Positions 32,278 through 44,571 are shown, counted from the first letter of the stretch. The stretch: 64,000 nucleotides of DNA from Candidatus Marinacidobacterales bacterium (GCA_965219415.1 CBDCNP010000002.1:5600001-5664000); one strand, 5' to 3'. The notes: generated by a model not told the origin, from the sequence alone. Program-made: numbers and translations.

Positions 32278-33477
32278 GGTGCTTCCGCCATCAAGTGTTG
32301 CTACGCGGCTGCGGGCAGTGGTACAGGTGTGGAAGAGAGCGGGATGCGCGCCCTACTGAGCACGAAAACCTCGATCCGCGACCACAAAGGAATCGTCGTC
32401 GCCAAGAAGATGTCTCGAAAGGTGAGCCGTCGCGTCGTCAGACCAGCCTGCATAGCCGGAGTTCGGATCTCACGTCCGAACTTCAGAGCTCCGTGCGGTC
32501 GGACGAAGTTGTAATAGCAACGGAGCAACTCCAGGTGCTCATCGAGCCTCTCCGTCGAGCGAGCGTGGGAAAGCGTTCGTCTCGAAAGGTATGCCGAGCT
32601 TTGCCGGATGGTCAGATTCAACCGCTCGATGAACGACGTGTTCAATGTTGAGGAGTCCTCGGAGTTATTGAGCGCGTCTTCGAATCGCCACGCGGCTCCG
32701 TGCAGCGCTCTCCGTTCGACCTTGATGATACGATCGTTCCTGCGCGTTTTTAGGACCTGGCCGTAGAGACACGCTGGCCCGAAGAAGCGACGGATGACCT
32801 TCTGGTAGAATTCGAATCCATCCGTGACGATCAAGGGAAGACGCTCGAAATTCATCCGTCTCGAAAGGTCGCGAAACAGAGCGTGAGTGTTCCGGTAGCT
32901 TCGCCTTCCCGTCACCGTCGATGGCCAGAGCCGAGACCAGACTTCGATTGTAACGAAGACCCAACTCGGTGTCTTCTTGTTGCCCGCGAACGTGCGAATC
33001 TCGTCGGCTTGAAGCTCTTCGGCAGCGAAGCCCGCGATCCTTCTGTGATTGAATCGACGACACACTTGGGCTGCCTTCTCGAGCCAGCGGGCGATGGTGT
33101 TCCAGGCAATCCCTTTGATCCGGGAAATCGCGGAAATGCTGACACCCTCGACTCTGAGAGCGATGACCCCATCGAAAGTAGCTCTTCGATGTTGGAGACG
33201 GTAGTAGGGCGTGCCTTTCGTCGAGGAGAACGTCTTTCCGCACTCGCCGCACCGGTATCGACGGCGTTTCCCGGACCTGGTTCGGTAGAATCCGTGGCGA
33301 ACGATGTTTCCGGAACTGACTTTGCCCCGCAACGGACATGCGAGATTGAGACATCTGCGATTCTTCACTTTGGCTCGGCCCTGACGATGAGAGAACTGTG
33401 TCTTCGGAATTCTGGTTCAAACTCTAGCACGCAGACCGGTTAGGGGCTGGCCGCCAACACTTAATTGCGGAAGCACC
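32278..33477 (-). mobile_element. IS1-family element, copy 2 (complete, 1200 bp; transposase 32301-33368)
   Basis: TIRs GGTGCTTCCGC(C/A)AT(C/T)AAGTGTTG at both ends; intact ORF. Confidence 0.92.
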
Positions 33478-33567
33478 GGTTTTTTCAGCTCGGTTTGCCG
33501 CTCACGAGAGTGCCTTGTGAGCTCTTTTCACCCATCTACATTGTCCGGTTCGACCCGTTAGGCGAGC

Positions 33568-35833
33568 TCACGGCCGCGACGTCGCGGCCGAGGAATCCTC
33601 CCAAGTCCCGTATTCATTTAGAGCACTCCACACGTCGCCGCGCCGTGAACGTCCCTTGAGATTGGGAGAGAAAGGAACAGTCGCGACGGCTTCGCTGAAA
33701 CTGTGTGCTTTGGGGCTTCGCGGGTCGTTTCCATCGAGGGTGTAATAGACCTTATCCGCTCCCGCCGAGCGTCGAACGATGATGCTGTCAGAAGCTCGCT
33801 CGAACACCGGCGGGTCGATGGCTGGATAGTAATTATGAGCTCGAAGCGCTCGAATGAACCTTTCGACATTGCCGTTCATCAAACTTAGAACGTAGTCTCG
33901 CGAGCGCTTCCAGTCGTCCAGCTTAAAGGGACGATTCTCTCTTCTTGGGCTTGCGTCACCCCAGCGTGCCGATTCACAAAGCATTGCCTTCTCTACATAG
34001 TCAGCTAGCTTTCGGAAGTTGGTTTGGTTTACACGGTCCGCGAGGGGTCCACCATTGTAGCAAGCACGATAGACGCGATCCGCAAAATCCAGCCAAAATT
34101 CCGGGCTATTAGCCAGGGACGCCCAAAGTATGTGGATCACTGCCTCTCCGCCAGACACGAAACTCGGCGGAACCCAAGCCCCTGCATGCCCTACCTTGTC
34201 AATGAGCCCGTAGCTCAGTTCCGAATCCCAACAAAAATGCAGTCCGGCACCGGGAGGTTTAACGCGGATGCCGCCGTACCAGTTGTTTCCTTCCCAGTCT
34301 CCATTACCAACAAACCAATTGAGCAAAACGTAATCGCTAAACTGGGCCGTATTCAGTAGGGTTTCAAACTCCCGGTACTTCTCAGGCTTCGAGAGATCGT
34401 TGTCGCGTGCATAAACGTACATGGCGCTATACCAACGCGGGTGATACGGATCGCCGACTGCGCCGGAATGGTTGACAGCAAACCAGTCGGTCGAGTCACC
34501 GCCATAATACGAAGCGAGAAACTGCCGATCCGGACGCTCCACCGCGTTATAGACGCCCCAATAAATCCCGTTCAAGTAGAGATTCACAAAAATACCGCGA
34601 GCGCCGTTACTGCTCAAAAAAATCTGCGAGTCCCGCACATGTTGATCGCGAACATAGACGGCCAGCTCGCTTGCCTTGCCTCGCAACGGCCTTTCTTGCC
34701 ATCCTGAGATAGACCAATTTTCTTGCCCCCCGGCCCGAAGAATAATGGTGTTGAATTCTCTAACCGCTGATTCGGCATGGTGGACGGCACTCTCGAAAAA
34801 GGGGTATCTCAATGTTCCAGCACCAAAGTCTTTATTGAAAACCAGGCGAAACGAGCGCTTTTCATGGGGGAGCATGGTGCTATGGGGTTCAATTCCGCAA
34901 TCAACCTCAAAGCCCTCGAAGCCGGAAAATGTACTGGGATAGATGAGCTCAACCGACGCAGGCCGGGTTCGTGGTCCCTTGTAAAAGTAGAGCCCTTCGC
35001 TCTCGTCAAAAAGATGGTCCGCATCCATGACGATGGAGAGGGTCGGAATCGACGTCAGTCCTTCCACGAACTCCCGCTGGTTGCTCGTATTCACGACGTC
35101 GGGATCGATCCCGAGGTCAAGATCCGCATACGGAGCCATATTGGAGGAGCGAAACGAGCCCGGATCATCAAATGGCAGAGTTGCCTGCTTCCTCACCGTA
35201 GTCGGAAATAGATAGGTATGGGTGTCAACGTTCGTGCTCCTCGCACCAGGTTTGTACGCCATGGCCCGAAGGACGGTCGTTTTGCCCACAAGAACCTTGT
35301 TGCCGACGATTCCATGACTCTCGCTCGGCTTACTACCGTCAGTGGTATAGACGATGGTCGCGTCGGGAGTGGCGGTGGTGATAATCACTTCGAAAGGGTT
35401 CTCATAGAAGCCGCGGTCGTGGCTGAACTTCGTATCGCCTACTGAGTGCGTCCGGCCGGTTCGGCGATGCCAATCATTGAAGAGCTCGACCGATTGCCCA
35501 ACCGGTTGCGCAGGGGTGCTCGCAAGAAGAACCGGCTCTCCCCAAACCGGAACCAGTGACCGCCGATGCCCCGCGCCCGAGGCGTCCAGCACAGGCCGTG
35601 CCGTGAATATCAGCGAGATCGCTCTCCCCTCCCACGGAGTGAGATTAACCAGGCGGTCGTTCCAACGATTCCCCTCCTGTGCAGCGAGGGTCTCGCGAAA
35701 CGCGCGGCTCCGCTTGTCATCGACTTCGATCTCGACCAGAAACTCTGTCTCGGGCAGATCGGCACTGGGTGTGCCTAACACGGCCATCGAGAATTGGAGC
35801 ACGGCGTTCTGCGGTACCTTTAGCGAGGACACC
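33568..35833 (-). CDS. CotH kinase-family protein with Fn3/chitobiase-like domains, 5'-truncated
   Basis: YTTDGSKP, KRSFRL, YLNGIYWGVYNAVE, DWEGNNW, WDSE and ESARWGD motifs; cut by a type B end at 35834. Confidence 0.8.
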
Positions 35834-36110
35834 CCGTCCTGTGCCAAAACTCGGCCCTTTTGAAATAGACCATAAATCAGCAGCTTAGTGTCCGTGTTTG
35901 TCCCCGGGCCAACGAAACGCCAGCCGATGAGACTCTTTAGAAGGGCTGAACGGGCCTCATTTTCGGTTTTGGTCTCGAATCTCGATTTCCGAGGGACACG
36001 TTTGCGCCAAATAGGAGAACGGGCGCTGACCGGGGGCCGTGCGGCAGCGGAAAAGAGGCCACCCGAGAGGCCCAGAATCGAGGCCGGGGCTATCACAGCT
36101 TAGCGGACGC
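35834..36110 (+). mobile_element. Type B left-end stub followed by a partial repeat G
   Basis: CCGTCCTGTGCCAAAACTCGG terminus; 35943-36105 is homologous to ~38713-38878. Confidence 0.8.
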
Positions 36111-36114
36111 TCTC

Positions 36115-36278
36115 GGTGCTTGCGCTGTTTACTGTTGGTGATGTGCACGCATCCCCTTGCAAAAGAGGCGTTTACGCTCCATTTAATGCGCAGCGAAGGT
36201 CACGAGCGCTATTTTGGCTGTAATTAAATGCACCGTAACGTCTTAGCATCATCTCACCCACTTAATGGCGGAAGTACC
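36115..36278 (+). mobile_element. ~166-bp IS1-derived MITE, copy 3
   Basis: Homologous to the other copies; right end slightly degenerate. Confidence 0.88.
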
Positions 36279-36379
36279 CGAGAGTGGCCAAATCAGGACA
36301 CTACCGAAACAGGCAACCTGCTTTTTTGCCCCGCCGCTTGGATCTGCTACCCTTCAATCACTCGGTAGAACTAGTCTCG

Positions 36380-38482
36380 ATGAATAACGCTGACGACAAA
36401 CCCAAAGTCGGTCAAGATTGGACCGCCTTCGTTGTCGCGTGGATCCCCTACTCGTTGTTGACCTATAGATTTTGGCACAACATCGACGACGCCTTCATCA
36501 GTTTCCGTTACTCGAAGAATTGGGCGATGGGATACGGACTTCGCTACAACGTGGGGCCTCAGCAACCGGAAGAGGGATACAGCAACTTCCTGTGGGTCGC
36601 GGTGTGCGCGTTGGTCGAGTACTTGGAACTCGACATTACTTTCTGGGCACCGATGCTCGGTTTCGTCTGTGGTTCTTTGCTCTTGTACCTTGTTTTTCGA
36701 ACGCTCCGGCGAGATTTCGACATGGGGCTTGGTGTAGCTTTCTCCATAGCGCTGGGCCTTGGTTTGTTTCCGCCCTACGCTTTGTGGTCGACGGGCGGTC
36801 TTGGAACAATGGCGTTCGCCCTTTCCGCCTTCGCGACAGCCTACTTTATTCTTCTGCGTCCGGCTGGCATCGCGCCTTACCGCGGTGCGCTTGCTGGCAT
36901 AGCCATGGCATTGTTGCGTACGGAAGGTATTGCCTGGACCTTGCTCATCGCCCTGCTCGGAATCGTCACCCGACGGATGAAAAGGGAAGCAGTCTGGCGA
37001 CCGGTGGCCCTCTATGTCGCGATAGTGGGTACCGCCTTTTCAGTCTATTTCGCGTGGCGATATTCCTATTACCAGATTCTCTTTCCCAATCCAGTATACG
37101 CGAAGGTTGGTTTCAGTCCCGAAGTGACACTGCGAGGCTTCCGCTATGTGGCCTCCTTCGCTCTCACGTTTGTGACACCGCTTCTCTTATTGCCGGCGGC
37201 TGGCTACGTGGCTTGGCGGGAAGCACCGAAGCCGGTAGCACTTGCCCTCGGAACCTTGAGCCTGGCATTTCCCGCCTACGCTGCAGTGGTCGGCGGGGAC
37301 TGGATGTCTATGGGCCGGTTTCTGATTCCCGGTTTCGCCTTCGGAGCACTCTTGATGGGATGGTTGGTGGCTCGGTTGTGGGAACGCCTGTCATCGCGCC
37401 TTGTGGTCATGGCGGTAGTGATAACGACGATCACGGTGGGTCTCCTTCCTGCGTGGAACGTGCATCTCGTACCCGACTCGGTGCGTCGCCTCTTTCATTT
37501 TCGTTACCTCAGTCCCTTTCGCACTGAGTATGAGGTGTGGAGAGTAGAGCCCAACTTTTTCACGGACAGAAAGGAAGAGGCTCTGGCACTGAAGGCGCAT
37601 TTCACCCCAGGAGATAGCATCGTTCTTGGCAAGATCGGGCTACTCGGATATTACTCCGACCTACACATCTACGACCGCAGTGGCCTAGTCGACCGGCGCG
37701 TCGCGATGCGCCCCCGCACGCGCAATCCGCTCCGCATGCCGGGGCATGATAGCAAGGTCTCTACCGATTTCTTTTTCGTGGACGAGCCTACCGTCGTGCT
37801 TCACGAAAGGATAGACGGACCTCCACCTAGCCGAAAGAATCCCGAATACCCGTTGCTTCGGCGTATCAGAATGAAAGCCGAGTCCTGGAGGAAATTGTCG
37901 GTCTGGCGACGTTACGTGCCGGAGGTTCTACCACTGGAACCGTCGCAGCAAGGTAGCCCTAACGTGCTCATGGTCCTGCGGTTGATCGAGGAAAAGCCCC
38001 GTATCGCCACACTTTCCAGTCCACAGCGGCGTGCCGAAAGAGCGTGGGATGACTTTTTTAGGGAGTTGGATTCTGCTCTACCCTTTGTTGTACTGGCCTA
38101 CACCAGCGGCTGGTACCCGAAGGAAACAGCTCCGGAATCGACGGGGCGATGGACCCATCAAACCGCCACGCTGTCGTTTTTTAACCCGCAGGCAGACGCG
38201 ACGTTCTCCCTCGACTACGCCGCACGCGCGCCGCAGACGGTCACGGTCAGCGTCGGCGACCAACTGCTGCAGTCATTCGTCGCCGATGCGTCCGGGCGCC
38301 GCCGCCGCCGTATTCCCCTCCCCGCAACGGCGCTAGGAAATGGGGACAGGGCTAAGATTCAGATCACTGTGGATCGGACGTTCGTGCCGGCGAATCTGAT
38401 CGCGGGCTCACGCGACACCCGCGAACTTGGCATTAAGGTCTATCACGCGGCCGTTGAACGCGACCCCGTCCCAACTCCCTGA
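36380..38482 (+). CDS. GT-C-like (AftB-like) multi-TM membrane glycosyltransferase with appended C-terminal domain
   Basis: DDAFISFRYS...EGYSNFLW, RTEG, PNPVYAK, GGDWM, GLVD and PGH motifs. Confidence 0.78.
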   Translation: MNNADDKPKVGQDWTAFVVAWIPYSLLTYRFWHNIDDAFISFRYSKNWAMGYGLRYNVGPQQPEEGYSNFLWVAVCALVEYLELDITFWAPMLGFVCGSLLLYLVFRTLRRDFDMGLGVAFSIALGLGLFPPYALWSTGGLGTMAFALSAFATAYFILLRPAGIAPYRGALAGIAMALLRTEGIAWTLLIALLGIVTRRMKREAVWRPVALYVAIVGTAFSVYFAWRYSYYQILFPNPVYAKVGFSPEVTLRGFRYVASFALTFVTPLLLLPAAGYVAWREAPKPVALALGTLSLAFPAYAAVVGGDWMSMGRFLIPGFAFGALLMGWLVARLWERLSSRLVVMAVVITTITVGLLPAWNVHLVPDSVRRLFHFRYLSPFRTEYEVWRVEPNFFTDRKEEALALKAHFTPGDSIVLGKIGLLGYYSDLHIYDRSGLVDRRVAMRPRTRNPLRMPGHDSKVSTDFFFVDEPTVVLHERIDGPPPSRKNPEYPLLRRIRMKAESWRKLSVWRRYVPEVLPLEPSQQGSPNVLMVLRLIEEKPRIATLSSPQRRAERAWDDFFRELDSALPFVVLAYTSGWYPKETAPESTGRWTHQTATLSFFNPQADATFSLDYAARAPQTVTVSVGDQLLQSFVADASGRRRRRIPLPATALGNGDRAKIQITVDRTFVPANLIAGSRDTRELGIKVYHAAVERDPVPTP

Positions 38483-38579
38483 CACGCCCGAATAGAACCC
38501 GTCACGTGCTACTCGTGACACCTCCGCGATCGGATCATCTTCTTTCTGAGGATTTCCGCCAAAAGCTGGACCACCTTTT

Positions 38580-39143
38580 GCCGAGACCGGATAGCTCCAA
38601 CCTGCACCATCCGCCACCTAGTCCGGCCAATTGTGGCACTGCAGAGACGGGTGAGATTTTCCGCGCGGTTGGCGGGGTTTTGCAGAGATAGGTGTCACCA
38701 GAGACGCGCTAGATGGGCCGAACTGGCCTCATTTTCGGTATTCGTCTCTAATCTCGATTTTCGAGTGCCAAGTTTGCGCCAAATAGGGGTGGAGGCGGTG
38801 ACCGGGCCGTGCGGCCGCCAAAAAGAGGCCACCCGAGGGGTCCAGAATCGAGGCCGGGGCTACCGGGGCGTAGCGGACTAGCACGTTCTGGTCCAGGTGC
38901 GCCTGAACCTCCTTCATGTCCTTTGTTGTCTCGAATTGGGCCTCAACCAAGGTTCTGCACCTCCTGTGGTTCTTCCCCGGCGCACCGCCCGTGTACCCAG
39001 GGTCACTACTTGGCGTCTCGGTCTCGAATCCTGGTTTCCGAGGGGAGCGTTTGCACCGACGGAAGAGGTGGCGGCAAGAAACAGCCGAACATGGCAGGTC
39101 TAAACCGCGCAATCAACGCTGGATCGACTTTTTGCAGAGCACA
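38580..39143 (-). repeat. Repeat G: non-coding composite element with a type D terminus
   Basis: Inverted homolog of 48234-48983. Confidence 0.8.
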
Positions 39144-39161
39144 GGCCAAGCGGCAGTGTCT

Positions 39162-41739
39162 TTAAACGCGGGTAAGCGCCATCGTCGAAATCCGCCGACC
39201 GGTGTCAGCAAAATGCTGGATTTCCTCGGGTTTGAGCGGGCGGTTGAGAATAGAGCGCTCACGGTAGGAGAGCCATTTCTTGAGAACCTGGTAGCCGCCC
39301 AGTTTGTAGCGCCAGACGGAAGCAGGGATGTTACGCCAGAAGGCGCGGGCATTGAGATACACGTCGAACGTCGTCTCACCAAGGGTGGCAACTGTCTCGC
39401 CCAAAGCGACCAGCTCCTCCGGCGTGTAGGGACGCTCGACAACCCGGCCTTGGCCAGGCATCACGGCGTCGCCAATTCCGAAGTGTCCCCATCCTGCCGT
39501 CACCGAAAAATCGTCGCCGGTCATGTTGTGTCCGTCCGTCGTTGTGGGTACGGCGATTGCGACAATCTCCGGCCGCAATGCGCCTTGCGTGACACCCGGG
39601 ACGGGCGTCTCCGGATCGAGCAGCCGGGCGAGGTCCCGACCCTGCACCGCTGACGCGGCGAGCACCTCCGCCGCGCCCTCTGCCGCACCGTCCGGCCAAC
39701 CTGGTAGCGGAATGCGCGGCCATTCCATGCGCAGTGCCCCGGCGTTCGCCTTGCGGTATGCAGGATCGTGCAGCACGGCCAGGACGTGATGGAACAGGTC
39801 TTCCACACCCATGCCGAGACGGTCGAGATAGCGCTGAACAGTTGCTGATATGTTGGGGCGGCGCACGCCATCGCCATCATTCCCTATACCGTCTTCACGG
39901 AGCCTCACCGGAATGCAAGTCGCGCCCCTGTCCATGAGATCGAGACAACCGATATGCGAAATCACCTGTGGAGGCGACCATTCCCTACGCGGTTTCTGCT
40001 GCGCGACCAGCCACCGATTTCCCTCGAACACATGGGGCCGGTAGTCGGGACGTGGACGATCGAGCAGGCCACCATCCCCCTCCCAATAGAGCCAGCGATT
40101 GTCGAAAGGCCGGTAGGTGAAACGGACGAAACCGCCTTCGGTCGGCCCGCCGCGCGCGACCAGCGCATCGCGGATTGCTCGGGCATCAAACCGCGCCGTG
40201 GTCTTCATCACGCCCGGATAGCGGCGTGCAATCTCTTCATGACTCACATCTGTATTGAAGTAATCGGCGATCCGCGCCTTGAGCCGGTCCAGATCGACGT
40301 CGACGAGAAATCCGTCGCGGCTCGTCTTGACGCCAGGAAACGAGACCGGGAACAGATCGGGCAGCGCCGGCCAGTCGAACCAATGCTCGCTGACCGCCGT
40401 TTGCACGAAGGGCAGACCGAGTGGCAGAAGCGGTTCGATGCCTTCGTAGAGCACGTTCGATTCAGCGTCGGACGATTCTAGTAGCGCCTCAGGCTTGGCC
40501 TGTCCCCAGAGGTGACGAAAACCGACCTCCCCGGCCGGCGCGTGATCTGATCTGCGCACAAGCGTAGCGATGGCTCGTCCCGACCTGAATGCCAACCGGG
40601 TCGCCCTTCGTCGAGAAAATACTCGGGTCCGGCGAGCCATCCGGCGCGACTTTGCCGGTCTTGTACTTGTCGCCGTTCAGGCAGTCGATGCGGATCGTGT
40701 CGAACGCCCCAAGATAGCGCTCCCGCATTCCCGTGAAGGAAAGCCCGTCGAGCCATGAGTAGTTCGAGATGAAGCACACCACACCACGTCCTGTCTTCTC
40801 GGCAATGCGCCGTTCCGCCATACGGAAAAAACGGACATAGAGATCGTTCAAGCCTTGGCCCTCGGGCCGCCGCACGCGCTTGGTCGTGCGGTAGGCTTCC
40901 GAAAGTTCACGTTCTTCATCCACGGCCATACCCGCGAAGCCGTTATAGGGCGGATTGCCAAGGATCACGAGGATCGGCGCTTCTTGCTTCACCCGCTCGG
41001 CACGGTCACGCTCTTCCTCCAGTTCAGGGAAGGGCAAGGGCTTCGTCGTTCTTGGCTCCCATCCGGTCAGCGCATTGGTGAGGAAGACACCTGGACGCTC
41101 CGCCCCGTCATCCGCCAGCGGCGCACCGAGGTCCTGCATGGTCAAACTGACTTGCAGATGGGCTACCACGAAGGGCGCGGGCAGAATCTCGAACCCAAAC
41201 ACGCGCTCGGTCGCTGCCTGCTTGACCCGTGCGCCGGTGAGGGCGCCCAGACCCCTTCCCTCAAGATTGGCGGCTACGTGGCACAGCACTTCAGAGAGAT
41301 AGGCCCCGGTGCCGCAGCACGGGTCGAGCACATAGACGTTCTCCGCCGCGAGCCCGTCCGCTATGTCGAGGTCGTCCTTCAGCGCCTTGTCCACGCGGGC
41401 AACCATGTAGCGCACCACCTCGGCCGGCGTGTACCAGACCCCCAACTGCTTACGCAGACCAGGGTCGAAGGATTCCAGGAACGGTTCGTAAAAATAAGGC
41501 ACCGCTTCGCCCTCGCTAAAGCGGGTGAAGAACGACGACCGGTCCACCCGATCGAGCGCGGCGGAAGTCCAATCCAGCACCTCGACCAGGCCGAGCGGTT
41601 GCAGGCGGCCGGGGTCGGAGAGCTGCTGGAACAGTGCTCGAAGGACTGGCACACGCAAATGCCAGACTGCTTCATGCCAGTTGAACTTGCCGGCCGGTGA
41701 CGGCGTCCGTCGCGCCCACAGCACCCAGGCAGAGAAGAC
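39162..41739 (-). pseudogene. Type ISP restriction-modification enzyme (N6 methylase plus C-terminal specificity domain), truncated and frameshifted
   Basis: GVWYTP, LDPCCGTG, GNPPY, YRPFD and GGYQVLKKWL motifs; frameshift near 40580; 5' end removed at IS3. Confidence 0.85.
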
Positions 41740-42996
41740 TGGGCTTGATCCAGTTTCGTGGACACTTTCTGAAAGGCGGATACGATGTCCACAATGGCAA
41801 AGACAACGCAGCCCCGGCGACCCCGCCGGGAGTTTGATGACGAGTTTAAGGCAGGCGCGGTCCGGCTGGTGCTTGATGAGGGCCAGAGCGTGGGTCGGGT
41901 GGCCCGGGAGCTTGACCTCACCGAATCGGCGTTTCGCAACTGGGTCCGTCAGGCCCGGGCCGATCGGACGAAGGGCCGGACGGGCTTGACGGGCGTGGAA
42001 CGCGAGGAGCTTCGGCGGCTCCGCAAAGAGAATCGGCGGTTGCGGGTGGAGCGCGACGTTTTAAAAAAAGCCGCGGCCTTCTTCGCGAAGGAGAGCGAGT
42101 AAGATTCGCGTTCATCCAGGCGGAGAAGGCCACCGTACCGGTCGTTCACCTGTGTCAGATTCTCAACGTCTCTCGGAGTGGCTTTTATGCCTGGGTACGT
42201 CGGCCGCCGTCGGCCCACGCGCGCCGGGACCGCCAGTTGCGCGTGTTGATTCGTGCCTCCCATGAGGCGAGTCGCCGCACCTATGGGAGTCCGCGGATTT
42301 ATCACGACCTGCACGAGCAGGGGTATCGAGTGAGTCGGAAGCGGGTGATTCGGTTGAAACAGGCAGAAGGCCTCATTGCTCGAGTACGCAAACGCTTCAA
42401 GCGCACGACGGTAAGCGGTCATGGCCAGCCCGTCGCGGCCAATGTGCTCGGGCAAGACTTCGTCGCCGATGCGCCGAACCAACGGTGGGTCGGGGACACG
42501 ACCGAGTTCGTGATCGGCAGCGGCGGGAAGCTTTATCTCGCGGCGCTCCTCGACCTCTACTCGCGATTCCTCGTTGGATGGGCCGTAAGTGCTATTAACG
42601 ACCGTCACCTGGTTATCAAGGCGTTGCGGATGGCACTGAAACGTCGCCAACCGGCCGCGGGGCTCTTGCATCACTCCGATCAGGGCAGTCCGTATGCCAG
42701 CAAAGACTACCAACGTCTCCTTGAGACGCATGGCATGACCGGGAGCATGAGCCGACGGGGCAACTGCTACGACAACGCCGTCATCGAGAGCTGGTTCTCC
42801 ACGGTCAAGCACGAGCTTGGGGAGCATTTCCTCAGTTGCGGCGAGGCCAAGATGGCCCTCTTCGACTTCATCGAGGTATTCTACAACCAGAGACGACGAC
42901 ACTCGACCCTCGGCCAGGTCAGTCCGGCCGAGTTTGAACGACGGATGAGGACTTCGCCAGCTTAACTAAACCGTCTACGAAACCGGATCAAGCCCA
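41740..42996 (+). mobile_element. IS3-family element a, copy 1 (intact)
   Basis: TIR TGGGCTTGATCC.GTTTCGT; 3-bp TSD GAC; orfA 41785-42102, A7G frameshift site, DDE orfB ending at 42965. Confidence 0.95.
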
Positions 42997-42999
42997 GAC

Positions 43000-43331
43000 T
43001 GGACTTGACCCGCTTTCGTGGACACCTAATCCCTTTGGGAGACAGGAGTCCACGATGTCAAAGCAGGGAAACAGATACGCGGCCGAGTTCCGGCGCCAAA
43101 TGGTAGAGCTGGTGCGAGCTGGCCGCGGCTCCGAAGAGCTGGCGCGAGAGTTTGAGCCCTCGGGCCAGACGATCCGGAACTGGGTGAACCAGGCGGATCT
43201 CGACGAGGGTCGCAGGCAGGACGGTCTGACGAGTGAGGAGCGTGCGGAGCTCCGCCGCCTGCGACGGGAGAACCGTCAACTACGGTTGGAGCGGGAGATC
43301 CTCTCAAAAGCCGCAGCCTGGTTCGCTCGGG
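43000..43331 (+). mobile_element. IS3-family element b, left end and orfA, truncated by MITE
   Basis: TGGACTTGACCCGCTTTCGTGGACA terminus; encodes YAAEFRRQMVELVRAG...EILSKAAAWFA. Confidence 0.88.
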
Positions 43332-43497
43332 GGTGCTTCCGCTGTTTACTGTTGGTGATATGTACGCATCCCTTTGCAAAAGAGGCACTTACGCTCCATT
43401 TAGCGCGCGGGGAAGGTCACAAGCGCTATTTTGACTGTAACTTAATGCACTGTAAAGTCTTAGCGTCATCTCACCAACACTTGATGGCGGAAGCACC
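43332..43497 (+). mobile_element. ~166-bp IS1-derived MITE, copy 4
   Basis: Homologous to the other copies; carries TTGACT-16 bp-TAAAGT at 43431-43458. Confidence 0.9.
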
Positions 43498-44571
43498 CTC
43501 TGGTCCGTCGCGGCGGCGGTGGTTGTTCTGGCGACCGGAGTGCCGCGCATCGAGTTGAGCGACAACCTGACACAGTACTTCGATGAACGTTACGAGTTCC
43601 GGCGTGATTCGGATTACGTCGCCGAGAACCTGACGAGCCTGGACAGGCTGGAATATTCGCTGGACGCCGGGCGCGAAGGCGGCATTACCGATCCCGGGTA
43701 TCTGCGCACGGTCGATGCGCTGGCCGAATGGTTCCGGGAGCAGCCCGAAGTAACCTACGTCCAGTCTTTTCCGGACATCATGAAGCGTCTCAACAAGAAC
43801 ATGCACGGCGACGATCCGGCCTTCCATCGCCTGCCTGGAGACGGGGACCTCGCGGCGCAGTATCTGTTGCTCTACGAGCTTTCGCTCCCGTTCGGCGCCG
43901 ATCTCAACGACCGTATCGACGTCGCCAAGTCCGCGACGCGCCTGGTCGTCTCGACCAGCAGCTCATGGTCCAGGGAGCTGCGTGAGCTCGATGAGCGCGC
44001 GCAGGTCTGGATCCGTGCCAATGCGCCCGGTTTTTCGGCCGGGGCATCGGGCCTCAGCATCATGTCCGCTCACGTCTCGCAGCGAAGCATCGACAGCATG
44101 CTGGGCGGCACGATCTCTGCCATGGTTCTTATTTCGTTCATCCTGATTTTCATTTTCCGGAGCATTCGGATCGGCCTGCTCAGTCTTGTGCCGAATTTCA
44201 TCCCGGCCATCATGAGCTTTGGCCTGTGGGGCTATCTCGTGGGTCACGTGGGTATTGCCTCTTCGGTGGTCGTCGCCATCGTCTTCGGAATTATCGTGGA
44301 CGACACGATTCATTTCTTGAGCAAGTATCTGAAGGCCAGGCGCGAGGGCCTCTCGGCGGCCGAGGCCGTGCGTTCCGCTTTTCACACCGTCGGCCAGGCG
44401 TTGCTTACGACGACCGTGGTCCTGTCAGCAGGCTTCATGGCGTTTGCCACATCCGGATTCGAGGTCAGCTGGTCGCTCGGGCTCCTGGTGACGATGACGA
44501 TCCTCCTTGCGCTTGCCGCGGATTTCCTGCTCCTTCCGACGCTGCTGATTGCCGTCGACCGGAAAGAGTGA
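43498..44571 (+). pseudogene. MMPL transporter 3' half (duplicate of 17567-18640)
   Basis: Matches copy 1; begins at the MITE end. Confidence 0.92.

Noticed and set aside
31757-38482. Repeat pair as a diversity-generating retroelement TR/VR
   Set aside because: No reverse transcriptase is present, both copies are coding, and the differences are not confined to adenines
41949-42902. Long antisense ORFs (also 16820-17896, 45678-46901, 49436-50536)
   Set aside because: These are shadow frames of real genes in GC-rich DNA with no recognisable motifs
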